Assembly (NCBI GenBank): GCA_015680685.1
Contig: MNCI01000828.1
Location: 194,219-258,218, forward strand
DNA: 64,000 nucleotides
Direction: 5' to 3'
From: Gnetum montanum
Taxonomy: Eukaryota; Plantae; Gnetophyta
Shown here: positions 1 through 14,242 of the stretch, piece by piece
Layout: the number at the start of each line of letters is the position of its first letter
How positions within the stretch are numbered: position 1 is the stretch's first letter
Notes under the pieces: model-generated
Databases searched by the model: none
What the model saw: the letters and a program-made list of their open reading frames with translations, nothing else
What the model was told of the DNA's origin: nothing
Program-made: the position numbers and the translations under genes

Positions 1-689
1 GCACTAAATCCCAATTGTCATTTTTATAAAGTACTAACATTTCCCCCTTCATTACATAATTACATAATGCCAACCAGGATGTATAAGAGTAAACTTAAGA
101 GAGGGGGGTTCAATAGTTGTATTTGACATAGTAAGAGCTTACATAGAAAGACAGATGTAGGGATGATGAGCTTAATTAATAATCAAATCATGTGATGCCT
201 CATAGGACTATGATTTTTAGATTGCATAATATTATTTGAAGTTTCAAAATTTTCAATAAGACCTTGTAAGTAAATGATTTGATTATTATGAATATTAGCA
301 TGAATTACATAGTTCTTAGTCTTATCTTTAGAGACATTAATAGGTTTTGTCACATTATTTTTCTCATTATTAATGTTAACTTCTTAACACTTATCATTGT
401 CTAGTTTAGTGCTTAAAATGATAGTGTAGTGGTGGCTCAAACATTTGTTAATGTAGGCATTTATCTTGTGTGTCATTGAATTCTAACCATTCTTTGTATG
501 TAGATAGATTCCCCTAAATTTGTGCACTTTCAAACAATGAATTTGGATTCAAGAATGAATACAAATATTAATCAAATGCAATATGCCTAGATATATATCC
601 ATGTTCAGTGGGAGGATGTATATATCTATATACTTTGTGCTATATTGTAAAAATATACATAGCAATGACCTTGAGTAGAATTTGTTTGA

Positions 690-3300
690 TCCATAATTTT
701 TGAGATATGGAAAACAACTCTAATCAACAATTTTGATCGAAAAGTATGCTGGCGTTCTACCAAATAAAAGTGAATAAAGTGATTCCATTTTTAACTTTAT
801 TAAAGGAAGTCTATAGATAACAAAAACAATAATTTCAAAGCCTTCTATCCAAAATTGTTTTGAAATAGATGCAAAAACCATCATAGTGAGACCAAGTTTC
901 ACCATATTTGTTTGTTTCCTTTTAGACATGTCATTTTATTTAGGAGTACCAAAACATGATAAATCTTATATAATACATGAGTTAAAGAAATCCTTCTTTA
1001 CAAAATCTCCACCATCATCACATTGAAAAAATATTTATTTATTATTAAAATGATTTTTAACCATGAATTGGAAACTTGTGAAAATATAGAATAGAAGTTA
1101 GATTTTCTTTTCATTAAATAAAACTATGTGAAGCAAGAATAGTAATTAAAAAAAATGACCTAATACCTAAAATGTTGTTTAGATAAAATAGATACAAGCT
1201 CCCTAACATTAGAATGAATTTTAAATAGTTGAATAGATGTACTACATCTACATTATTGAAGTTTGCAACTTTTTCCAAACTAGCAACTAACATATATAAA
1301 ATGGGATTTATTCTAGGAATCAACATTTATTAGCTACTTTGATTCTAAAATTTAACAATAGGTTCTCTAGGATGTCTTAGTTAGTGATGCCATAATTTTT
1401 TTTTCTTAACATTCCTATTTAAAAACAATGCTTTCTTTACCTCCTCAAGAGCATATAACACTATTTTCTTATTTCTCTTGGTTAGAACTCTCCCTGAGCT
1501 TTTTACTTGGATAACAAAACCATCTAGTGAGAATTAAAATTTACATGGAAAATCATTTATAAATTAGGCTATTGGTAATAATTTTTTTTAATTTTAGGAA
1601 CTTGAAATTTATGGAAAGATTGTATTAATATTAGCATCATTGATAGGAAATATTTTTAACTCATTATCATTATTAATCATTATGGATGAATGTTGATTAG
1701 AGTACCTACATTGCCTATCATGATGACTAATGCATTTGTATCAAGAATCATTCCAAGTCTTGAGATTCTACAAGGATCATAGTAACTAGAAATTGAGAAT
1801 TTTCATTTACTTGAAAAGTATGATCAAATAGATGCCAACATTTCAAAGTTGTGTAATTTAGTTTATCACAAATTTAGCATTTTTCTAAAGTTTATTGGAT
1901 TGTATTTTGGTAGACATTTTATTGTGAACATATCTTTCCTCCTTGATATTGTTTATATTCCATACCAATGTCTCTTTTTCTTTGGTTTTCTACTTTATGT
2001 TTTGACTTGCTTGAATAAAACCTTTACCATATGAATTGGACTTTTGTTGATTGTTGTACCTTCCTCTACATCTATTATTTTTGAATCCTTGTTCTGTTAC
2101 TCAAGTCTATATTCTAATTACAAAGGATTGGCTTCTAATATCTTGAATATAAAGGAAAGGTATGATTTTATCATAACTAAGTACATGGTATTTAAACATT
2201 TTTGCTATAAAATTCTCTTATTTTGAACCCAATTCATATATAAGAAAAAAATGCTTTACTTTCATTTAAAATAGGCTTTCTAATTACAATTAAATCATTA
2301 CAAATAATTTTAAATCTTCAAATATATTCTAAGACTGTACAAATGCATTTCTTACATAGTTAAAGTTGTTGAATGAATTATAGTTTTCTTATTGTGGAGT
2401 TTCCTGCATATGCATTTTCTAAACATGATTAAACCTTTATTGATGTCTTTGATCCAACAACCAATTTTCAGGGATTCTTTAGACAAAGTGCTATAATCCA
2501 CACTGTTGCAAGCTAATTAGATTTAATATATAATTGATAGTCTAAATTGTTAATTTTACTCTTGCCATCAACCAGGGAAATCTTTTTATCAAGAATGGTG
2601 AAATTACCATTGATAAAACCATCTTAACCTCAATGATTAAAAGCATTTGCATTTGACATAATAAATAATTATTGAGATTAGCTTTATATAGATAAAAATG
2701 CCAACATTAAGTAAAGAACAATAAGAATATTTGCATACAAATGAGTTTGTAGTCATTGTAATGAATCAAACTCTATTACCATAAAGATAAATGAAACAGA
2801 TATTTAAAAGAAACTCTTCTTCCCTTTGTGTTTTAAAGAGAGATAAATCTCTATTTATATTAAAGATGCAAAGCAAAAGAATGGTATCAATAGTAAGCAA
2901 AGGTTGCATGATTAACTATAGTATAATTTTAGTGATAAATGAAAGGTAGAGAAACATAGATGATAGTAGGAGTAATTGCAATATGACTTTAGTGATAGAT
3001 AATGACTTACATGATTTCCTCATTCATAGTTAATCACACTTTCATTTTCTCAACTTCTTTTTTCTCACATTTAGCAAAGTAATGGTATGAATAGTAATTG
3101 ATAGCATGATTCAATATATCATGATTTTAGTGATTGAAAGAAGGTAGAGAAACATAGATGATAACATAAATGATTGTAGTCCAATTTTAGGAATAGATAG
3201 TGATTTGCATGATTTTCTCATTCATAGCTAATAATTTTTTTATTTTCTTAACTTCCTTTTTCTCACTTTTCTACTTTCTATAAAAAATCTCATTCTCTAA
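690..3300 (-). mobile_element. Degenerate Ty1/Copia retrotransposon (gag-integrase remnant, decayed PBS, probable 5' LTR)
   Basis: Minus-strand integrase-like peptides FQCDDGGDF, SCFGTPK*NDMSKRKQ and LTMMVFASISKQFWIEGF...RLP; PBS-like TGGTAATAGAG at 2781-2771; LTR-like region to its right holds a ~198-nt tandem duplication (2925-3072 / 3123-3270). Confidence 0.7.
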
Positions 3301-4214
3301 TATTTCAACTATAAGGTTGTAGCAACTACTCAACTTAGTAGTAATTTTACAACCAATTACATAAATAGCTCCTCACAACATTGTTAAACTAACAATGAAA
3401 TCCATGTGGTATATACACTGTAAAACAAAAGAAAAATGCTTGAACATTAAAATGTACTAGAAAGATAATATGTAAACTATGGACATATCTCTCAGCTAAG
3501 ATACAGGAAAGAAAAGAAGAGATCTACATTGGTGTGACTTTTAACTACTCATCTTATACGCATCCCCAATATTTCAACTAGTTGCAATTCCCAATATTTC
3601 CATTAGCTGTATCTTTAATAGATTTGATACATGCTGAAGCTTGCTAAAGAGTAAAACTAAATTTGAACTATGTTTTTATGTTTATATTATTTAAAATTAT
3701 TTAATAAGGATAAAATCATTCATTATAACATTCTTTTAAATAAGATTATTATATTTTAAAAAGCCAAAGTAAATTATAAATTGATTTTAATATACAAGTT
3801 TTATTGTTGAGATTCCTTGATATGGTATTCCGGTAGATTGAAATCTTATATAAATTCTTTTGGGATGAATACTTGGGCATACTACCCTCCATAACTATGC
3901 TAAGTATTTTAAAATCTTTACTAATACTTCAAGATTCAATACTTAGTTTAATTTAATAATTTAAAATTTTTATAACACTAAAATTAAATTTAAGTATGTC
4001 TATATAGATGCATAACACAAATTAGTTTGTACAAATTTGTTTTATAATAATAATAAAATTCTTCCCTTTTTATCTAGTCAATGATGGAAAGTAAATTTTC
4101 AAAAATATTTAATTGTAGAATACATCCTACTATGTAGCCTAATGTGTTTGCATTTTCATCTTATTTATTAACGGTTACATACATATGTAAGGGTGGGGGA
4201 GGTGTCAAACCTCA

Positions 4215-6150
4215 AAAAAAAAAAGTTTTATTAATCAAAATAGAGCTTCAAATACACATGCAGCATCTCAAAAACCAAATAGAAAAGGTAAAAAATACAC
4301 AAGTAGTATTTGATAGAATAAATAAAAATAACACAAAAGGAAACACTCAATAGATTTGGGGATAACTACTTAGGAATTCATCCTTACAATTAGGCCAATA
4401 ACAAAAGAAAGAAGCATCCTTTCAAAAATTCACTTCTCACAAAAGACCAAATGTAATTAGTACTACAAGTAAAATAAAGAAAGAATCAAATGAAGCATAT
4501 GATAGCCAAAATTAAAAAGAAGAGCTCCCTCGTAGAGAATTGTATTGAATAAGGTTACTTGCAGTAGTGCCTCTATCATTCATAAATCTAAATTGAGGAT
4601 ACAAAAGATTTATCAACTAATTAATCTCTAACTAAACCTTTAGAGCTTGGGATATAATTTGAAAATGGATAAGGTAGAAGATGTGGGATTTCTCTACCAT
4701 AGTGAGATGATAAATATCTAAATATTTTATTTTAAAAAAAGTGATATTTCATCTGTGCTTCCAAATATGAAAGAGAATAATAGGTGTGATAACATTCCAA
4801 AGAAATGTAAAATTCATGGAAGTATAGGAAAAAATCCAAAAAAATGTCATCTTGAAATGGCTAACAATTTAGAATAACTTTACATGCCCAAATCCAAGTG
4901 TGCTAAGAAAAAGGACATTTCCAAAAGACATGAAAAAAAAATCATCTATAGCTTCACAAAGAGGGAAAATAAGAATGTGAATCCCAAGATGTTCAAAGCA
5001 TTTGCCAATAGATAAATACTAGTGAAGAAGACACCAAAGAAACCATTGAATTTTAAGTAGAGCAAGAAGCTTCCATATTCACTTAAAGGTAGACATCCAA
5101 AAATTTTCTCGTTCCTGTTTGTACCAAAACCTATTGTAGCAATTAACGACCGAGGAGTGGTGCAAAAGTTGGAATGGAACATGCAGCTTGTAAGGTAAAA
5201 GTTTCAATCTATTAGTTCAATAAAATTCACAAAGAATACTTTGCAGTGAAACATCCAACTATGAATAGTGATGAATAAAATCATAAATTTGTTCGAAACA
5301 ATGATGCATGGTTGTCGATACCCCATATAAATTATCAAACATTTCCTAGGAAATCCATAGGTTGGAAGGATGTAGACAACTAGGAAAAATTACTCCCTTC
5401 TAAACTAAAATGTGGGTACTTGAAAATTCATAGTAGCAAGAGGAGTAGGAAAAAGACATAACCACCATGGACAAAGCTTAGAAAGAAGAGTAGGATTGAT
5501 TTTGACATTAGTGATGTAATACATGCTAAGCCCTCCAAATGCTTTTGAAGACATGAGATCCAGGAATGATAATTATACAAGAAAAGAGAATCCAATAAAC
5601 CAAGTTGATACCTTTTCAAAATGGCTTTTTTTCTATGGAAATGCTTATTCTAGCTTTGGCTGAAGGAGAGTTCCATTAATGTCAGAAGCATCCAAATGCT
5701 AAAAAAACCACTTTTCCACCAAAGTGAGCCCTTGTTTGAAAGGATTTAAAAGAGCTAAATCATCCTTTTTCTTAGGTAGAATAACAATATCCCAAGTAAC
5801 CTCGGGAAAAGCTTTTGAGAATTTTTAGAAGATCATGTGAAATATTGAAATAACCATTTTAGCTTCTAATAAGCAACTTGAGAGGAAACCCAGCACGAAG
5901 AATAATACACGTGAGTAGAAGCATAAAGAGATTTGTAAACTATATACTTGTTTGCAGGATTAAGAGGTTTTATCTTCCACTTATCAATTTTCTTCTGAAT
6001 TTGAGATAACACTTAATCCCAAAGAGTTGAAGTAGATTCCTTAAAATGAAAGGGAATTCCCAAAATCTTAATGATATCTTGATCCTAGATTAGCTTCCAA
6101 TTTTTGTCAAGCAAATAACAGTATTTATTTTTGAAACTATAAATAGAGGA
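4215..6150 (-). mobile_element. Decayed L1-clade LINE 3' fragment
   Basis: Minus-strand KILGIPF (RT thumb), HVFWKCPFS*HTW (zf-RVT) and HIWKHR*NITF motifs. Confidence 0.7.
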
Positions 6151-8843
6151 TTTAGTCCTATTAATAGTAGAGCTAGAAAGAGAGAAATATTGATCCAATA
6201 GAAATAAGAGGCAATGTAGATTAGTAGGTGTATTTTGAACAAGAAAAAAGGAGTCATTAGTAAAATATATATTAAGAAGCTGATGTTGAGGAGTAGAAAG
6301 AAGAACTCCACTAATAGCCTTAAGATGAAGGACAAAATAGTTCTAACTCCTCCTCTAATGTAACCTGTATCTAGCAAACTATTTTACTTTTATATGCATG
6401 GTATGAATTCTATTATAGGTTGGAAAAGTTCTCTATAATGTATATGCACTCACATGTGGAAAAAAGGAACTAGATAAACCTATACCTATGTGACATTTTT
6501 AGAATTAACAATTAGATAAAGGAGTTAGGGAGACAATAACTATTACTCTTCACACAACTCATAAAGTGGATATATCTAACTCTCCTTTGATATTACAAGA
6601 GCTCTGAGCTCCTCTATATTATTGTACTCTAACGTAACCCTTAGGTTAAGTGACTCTACCCTATGATGAACATTCAATGAGGTAGATAGATCAAATCGTA
6701 TCTAAGGAGATGTAGGTCACTTGAACATGAAAGATGAATTATGAAGTACATCATCCTCAAGTTGAAGATAATTAAAGTCTTTCTCTTCAATTTTCTCTAG
6801 ATATCATCTCTCTTTTATTTTCAATTGATATCAAGTATCTCAATATTCTTGTTCTTCTTCGTATCAATTATAGTAATTTTTCCCTCTATATTTCCATTTT
6901 GTATGAAGATATATCATTATAATTATTCTATCACTCTCACATCTTCACACTATAAATCATATCTACTTATTAGTTTGTTTTTCAAAGTGAATCTTATTTA
7001 ATTTCAAAGTTATGATCTATGGTTAAATTCTGTTAAAATTTCATGAAAATATCTATTTTATTGAGAGAGATATTATGCCCTAAATTTATGTTCCTCTATT
7101 TCTATCTAAAGCTATGATAGAAAAAGTGTCTATCTATAATTTGATCATAACTTTATCTTCATATATTATTTCTCATTTATTCTTATTGGATCTAAAAGCT
7201 AACATTTAAAGCCATATTTCATTAAAATTTTAGCTCAAGATCTATTACAAGCTAATAGATCTAGATTAATAAAATTCTACCATCAAATATGATACTTTTT
7301 TAGGTACTGAAGAAAGAATAAGTTGCAACTTTTATAAATTGCAACTTTTATTTTATTTCATATCTCTAGATGCTTCTTTCTTTGAAGGCATAGAACATTT
7401 TCTGAGGATTCTAAATATATAAATATTGAAGGCTAATTATTTCTACTTTAGAAAGATATAAGCATTTTATCTTCCACTACTTATTCTATCAAAATATTGA
7501 CTAAGTTAGTTATTATTTAACAAATATTTAATATCATTGATATATCTAGTTTATAGCTTCACTTTTTGGATGACAAGAGCATTGAAATAATGATGACTTC
7601 ATATGTTCTTAAAAAGAAATGTTATTAAAAATTGTGCTCCAAATTTCATTTCCATCAATTTAATACTTTTTTCTATTACTAGTTTTTATCTATGATATAA
7701 AAGAAAGTAGCTTTCAAGTTAATTTTCATTGGAAGAGCAATAGTAACAAGGTTCACCTATTTTTATATTAGCTTAGTGGAAATAGGATTGGCAAATCTGC
7801 TTTGCAAATTTAGTTTCATTATTAGATAATATTGACCATTGTGATGTTGTTGTAATTGTAATCTTACTTAAGCATTTTTTAATGAACCTTAAAATACCTA
7901 GTAAAAAATAAGTCTATAAAGTTTGCTATTAATTAATATAAGTATAATAGTGACTTTAAAATTTTCTTGAGTTTTTGATGTAACATTATGTAGAAAATTA
8001 TTGTAAAGGATTTACTTTATAAATATTTTGTTTCATATAAAATGATTATTTTTATAGCCTCTATTCTTTGCTTGAAATATGAGTATTTGTAACAATAAAA
8101 TTATTTTTTCTTTACAATCTTGCAAAGTTTAGAGATAATTTTTGTACAATTTACCTCTAATTTTGAAATATCAATTTTTTCCCAAAAGAAAACAAAATGG
8201 CCACTACTAAATATAATGTAAGGCAATTTCAAAGTAAATAGATTACTACTTGGAAAATAATATTTATCTTTTATGAGAGTTTCTAAGAAGTCCATTTGTT
8301 ATAAAAATTCTCTATTTAAGGTAGAACTATCCAAAAATAAATCGCTTCAGTGCCTCTAACTTTACCTTTCTTCCAAAAATAAACGTTTCTAAGAAGTTCA
8401 TATGTTATGAAAAGTTGTCACCTGAAGTAAAATTTGCAAGGAATAATTTTTTGGACTACTTCTAAGCTTTTCTTCCTTATAAAATTCTTAGGTAAGGTTT
8501 TTATTAATTTAATTTTTAATCAACTTATTCTAAAGAACCAATTTCTAAGAAGTTTATATGTTATAAGGATTTTCTATTTAAAGTAGATTATTAAAGATGT
8601 GTCCAATGCTCCACTATAAAATCTACAAGCATCTCAATAAATTGTATCAAAATCGATACATAAATAAACTGACAATGGTGTTTAGTCTTGTTAAGTGATC
8701 ACAGGTCATTGTCTTCCTACCTAGACAAGGGATGCTATTATGACCATGACCATGACTAATAACTAATTAACTAAAACATGAAATTAAATATTAAGCATAC
8801 CTATGCACATAATTGCTATTGAAATATATTCTATATTACAATC

Positions 8844-9516
8844 TAGTTTAGAATCATGATTCCATATGTTTCTAGGTGGTTTCATATGATTTTAGAGACT
8901 TTTGAAATACTTAAAAATAATAATTAGAAGTTTACACTCTTTTAAGGTTGAACATTTCATTAAATATTAAAACACCATCACAATAACAAAATTCATGACT
9001 TAATATAGCTATAAAAGGAAAAAGAATGAGCATAGAACATTCTGAATATGTGTCATTAGTAGTTTTAAGGTTTTCAGTACTTTGACCACACATTTTTCTA
9101 CAAGGAGCATGCATTCTTGGGGAGCTAAATAGCACATTCTTCAAAAGCTCAATACTGCAATCTTTAACTCATTTTGAATCACTTCAACAACTGATTTCAA
9201 AGATTCTTTAGCTCATTTGTTTTAGTTGATAATGAATAAATATTGTAGTGTAGCTTACTTTTAAAATTTTTTGTAATGTATATGGGAGTATAAGCAATGA
9301 AATTTATATTGATGTTCATGTAGAACACAATGTTGTTATATTAATATTTACAAACTCCTATTTTTATTACATATACCTTTGAAAATGATTAAAAGTTTAA
9401 TAGTTTTATATGTTTTTTAAAATCATAATTCCACATAATTTTGAATCACGATCCATCATCCAAAATCTTAGGAATGGAAAAACAATCTATGATTTCATAT
9501 GATTTTGATAATTATA
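8844..9516. mobile_element. Possible non-autonomous DNA transposon (hAT-like ends) inserted in the LTR-like repeat
   Basis: Interrupts the alignment with 22523-23400; ends TAGTTTAGAATCATGA... and ...TCATATGATTTTGATAATTATA resemble CpG-decayed inverted termini. Confidence 0.35.
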
Positions 9517-12500
9517 ATTCCAAGCTGAATAAGGGTGATGAGTATCTATTTTCTAATCTAATATCATATATTAAAGTAAGCTTGAGTATCTACTGGGATT
9601 ACTAAGCTTTACGCAGCTAGGCAAACCAATTGATGTTGTTGGTGGGATCACTAAGTGAATACAAGTATATGCTTGAGAAAGGATCATGTTCATTCCATTA
9701 AATATCTATAATGCATCATAAAAGTAGAACATTATGCCAAAGAATAAGAGGAATTAAATGCATAAAATAATAAATCTAATATATGTCAAACTATTACAAT
9801 GAAGACCAATCAATCTTGATCTTATTGTCGATCATTAGATGTATCCAAGTACATTCTACTCAAATAAGATCTTATACAATTGACTCAAATCCATGTTCAA
9901 ACACTTGCTAAGTATATTATAAGTTATGAAATTAAACTAATAGAGTTTCGCTACTAGTAAATCGAATGATGTCATAAACATAGTTGATGAGCCATATTTA
10001 TAGGCATCTAATGATGGAGGAACATTATATTTCTAATGTCATAGATGATGAAAAATGCATTTTTTTTATTGTTCATTGTACCCCTAAGACAAACTAAAAA
10101 GTCATCCTCAAATCATATAAAATGTGACAAAGTTTATTACAAAATTTGTAGTAGTGATAATAACTAACATCACCTGATTGACATGGCTTGATTAACATTA
10201 CAAAATTATAAGTATCATATTACAAACCTCTATTTGTGTTAGATTTTCATCTTGGTCAATCTTTTCATCTTTAGGCTTTTTGTATCTCCAGGTTATGCTT
10301 TGCTAAGAGCTTCTCATGTTGCTATTCCTAGAGGTGTAAATTATTTTATATTACAAACATTGTTGTGGTTGTTTTTCTAATGTCACTTCTCATACCTTAT
10401 TCATTATTATTTATATTGTTGTTCCATTATTATTTTACTATTGTTGGTTGTCATTGTCTCATATTTTCTACACACGTCATTACGAAGTGAGAACTTGTGA
10501 TCTTTTATCCTATGTAAGGAGTTGAGAATCTTGCCTTAATGATCATGGTCATTTGTAATTGCTCATAGATTAAGTTAAGAAACTAATGATTGTACCTTAA
10601 CTTAGAAGTACACTCTATTATGCCTCTTCAAACATTAGTTTTTTGACTTAATATTTCATGTTTACAAATTCATGAGTGGTCGTATATTTTCTTCTATCGT
10701 TAAAAAATAAGTTTTCTTTCTCCCCTTCACTTGTTGGGAACATGAAACTTGACCTTTCATGCTTAAGGGCTTTATCAATTGTTCTCCTTTGTCTTCATTT
10801 TGTAGTATTGGCCATGATTTTGTCTTCTTTCCTTTACTCTTTAATAGAGTTACTTTTTCCATAAGATGCTTTTAATCATAATATTTGATAGTGGTTTTCT
10901 TTGTCTTAGAATTCAACCTTACCAAGTTTAGAACTAATTATTATGATGACTTCTTCATCTTTACTGTTTGTCTCAAATTTGAGTAAATAATATGTGCAAA
11001 CTGATTCCTGAGTGATATACACAATTGAATTTCCCTTATAAGGACTTTACATTCTTGTTGTGCAGCCCTTATAAGGATCTATGAAACCTTGATATGGGTA
11101 TCTAAACTTCTGGTGGGGACCTTCATAGATCCTTTTGAAGCCAAGATCAACCCACCAACTGGATAGAAGAATTCTCATTTGCATACGATTATGTCATTTC
11201 ATATTTCACTTTTTATGTTTTGGGACCTTATTATATGATTTGTTTCTTTCCATTTCTAGCACAATATGGGACAATTCTCCTCTCTCATATTTTGTTCTTT
11301 TTATATTCAACATATTGCTCATTTCTTATGATTTATAGTGGGGCCTTTATTGTTTCTAATCACTCTTCATATTCTTGAAAGTAAAATTCTACCTTTGTCA
11401 TTTTCTTCTATAGATTTTTAAATAAAGCTTTTATCTTGGAATTCATGCCAAAATTTGGTCTAAAATGTGATCATGACTGGAACTTATCTCTTAGTACTCA
11501 TGAATTGGAGTTCCAAGATTGCCTATTCAAATCTCAAGATACGCTTTCTTCAAATATCATTCTCATCTCAATGGGCAATCACAATTTGGTCAACTTTTAT
11601 TATACTTATTATTAGATTCCATCTAACATGTGATACTAACTTGCTATTTTTTGAAAGAGATTTTTGGTTGACAAAACCTTCCATCTTAATGCTCAAGTAT
11701 AATAGATTTTTCTTCCTACAACTTCAATAATTGCGACTCCTTTCTTGATGTATGTCTCATCAAGTAGGAAAATGGTTTAGATTAGTGTCCATGATTGCAG
11801 GTTATATTCTCTAATTTTTGCATGTTTAAATTAGTACTTTTCTTATTCTTCAATTTCCCTCTTGATTAATTATATTTTCATTTGGTTTTAATTATATTGA
11901 ACTTCTTTTAAACATAATTACGATTCCCACGACATTTTTAGTTTGCACTTTTTTTGAAGCATCATCTTGATATATCCTTTTTAAACTAAATTTATAAGTG
12001 ATACTTCAAATTTATTTTCCCAATGTAGATCTTCATAGTCTTCTAGGTCCTTTGGATAGGTTCACCACTATTATCAAAAATCATCTTCACGATATCTTTA
12101 TTCTTCCCATTGTCTATTCCTTTGTAACTTTCTTATGAACTTAGCTTTCTTGAATGAAGCTTTGTAATGTCCATTCTTCTTATTTATTTCTTTTATTCAT
12201 TTTGAAATCCATTGAATTTCACACTAAGTTATAATCTTTCTTGCTGGGGATGTGATATCATGTTGGATTTTTCTTTTGGTTAATCTTTTTATTGCATTCG
12301 TAACAAAACATTGGTGTCTCATAATCTTTTACACGGAGATTTATTTTTGTAACTAATTGTAATATCAATATCATGGATACATAAGATAGTAGCTCTCTTC
12401 ATAATGATGACTGCTCTTCTTAATTCTTGGTAGTTCTGAGTATCATAAGTCTTACTAACTTAGTTGCTTACGAATCCTCTTACGATGAACAAAGTTACAT

Positions 12501-14242
12501 TGTGCCAATTCCATCTCTTGATACTAGTTTCTTATTCTAGAAATTCATAATATCATCTTTGGGATTATTGTATCTCTAGTTTCTTCTTCACTAAAAACTT
12601 CCTGTGTTGTTGCTCCTAGCAATGCATCTACTTTTTGGTTCATAAACTATTTTCTATTATGAACATTTTTGTGGTTGTGGTTCAAATGTCACTTCTCTTG
12701 TCTTCTTCATTGTTGTTTATATTGTTGTTCCATTGTTGTTCCACATTGTTCCACACTTTCCACACTCATCATTACAAAGTGAGAACTTGCGATATTTTAT
12801 CCTTTGTAGGGTGTTATGACTCTTGACTAAACCATCACAATTATTTATAATTGCTCATAGATTAAATTAAGAAATAAATGATTATACCTTAATGAAGGAG
12901 TATACTTTAACAATTTGAGGACTTTACATTATAAAAAATTTATAACACAAGACCAAATAATAAAAATTTTAAAAATTGAAAATTTTTTTTATAAGTTTTC
13001 AAAATTCTACCAATGATAGGTCTTCAAGATATCCTTAGCAATGGAGGTTGTGTCCTTGTTGACTTTCTACCAACTTCTTTCACTTTATTCTAAACTTCTA
13101 AAGGATGGATCAGTACTTCTCTTCACCTATCCATAGATCCCTTTTATTCAAAGCAATCTTGATCAATTCTTCTATCATTGAAATTTCCCATGGATAAGAT
13201 AAACTTGGGAAAATCTAATTATCTTGGATAAACCAAGTAGTGAATGTGGTACACTTGGCTTGTAGCATCATTATTTGATCCTTTAGTTGTTAGTATTCTA
13301 TCATGCATTTTGTGAGGTCCTCCACCATATTTCTATGGCTAATGAATTTTGGCATTAAAAACCATAAGTTCCCCATTGACAATCTATAGCTTCTACTTGG
13401 TTTGATCATGTAGTTCACATTTATGTTCATAGAAAGAGAATATGATTATATCTTACTTCTCAATTTTAGTTTTGGGCCTACTTCTTGTTAACATAATCAA
13501 ATTAGAATATTAAAGGTTAGCCAATTCAAGATAATAGATCAAGTCTTCAATTTGCAAGTTTTTTATTTTCACCTCCACCTAACCTATTGTGTGGATAGCA
13601 TCAAGGATGGTCATCCATACAATGAACTTCAATTATTGTAAAGCAACATTAAGCTTGTTCACTTTAAGCTCCTTTTTATTAATTTCTTTATGTAGTCCTA
13701 CCTAATCCCAATAATGATTCTCTATCATCACTAGTTTATGCAGTACTTGGGCCTGCACCTGTGATGTCCCTTGTTGAAACAGTGGTGGTTGTTATACAAG
13801 TAACTACCATTGTTAAAGTACATCTATTTTGGATGGTGGCTCTTGCATCTACTTTTTTGATATGACCTTTATGATTTCACTCCACAAGGCCATCGATACC
13901 TTGTGCATGGTGTTATTAGCATATCATGTGATTCCTCCCCTCTTACAAAGTTTATGGATTAGACATGGAAAGAGAAAGGTTTGCTTGCCAAATGTGATCT
14001 CTAAAAACTTGCACTAGTTCTTCCAATAGAGAAAGCCAAGTTAATTGGAAAATTCCTATTTAAAAGTACATAGGCTCAAGCCAAGAAGATAATGACCTTG
14101 TTCAAATGACCTTCATTTGAATTAGCTCTAGCAAGATGGCAAAGTGTCACTTTGGGTGCATGATACTTATCATGATTTTATTCCTAATTGCTTCCATAAA
14201 TTTATTTATAAAAAAAGAAAGGAGCAACACCCAAAGCCATAG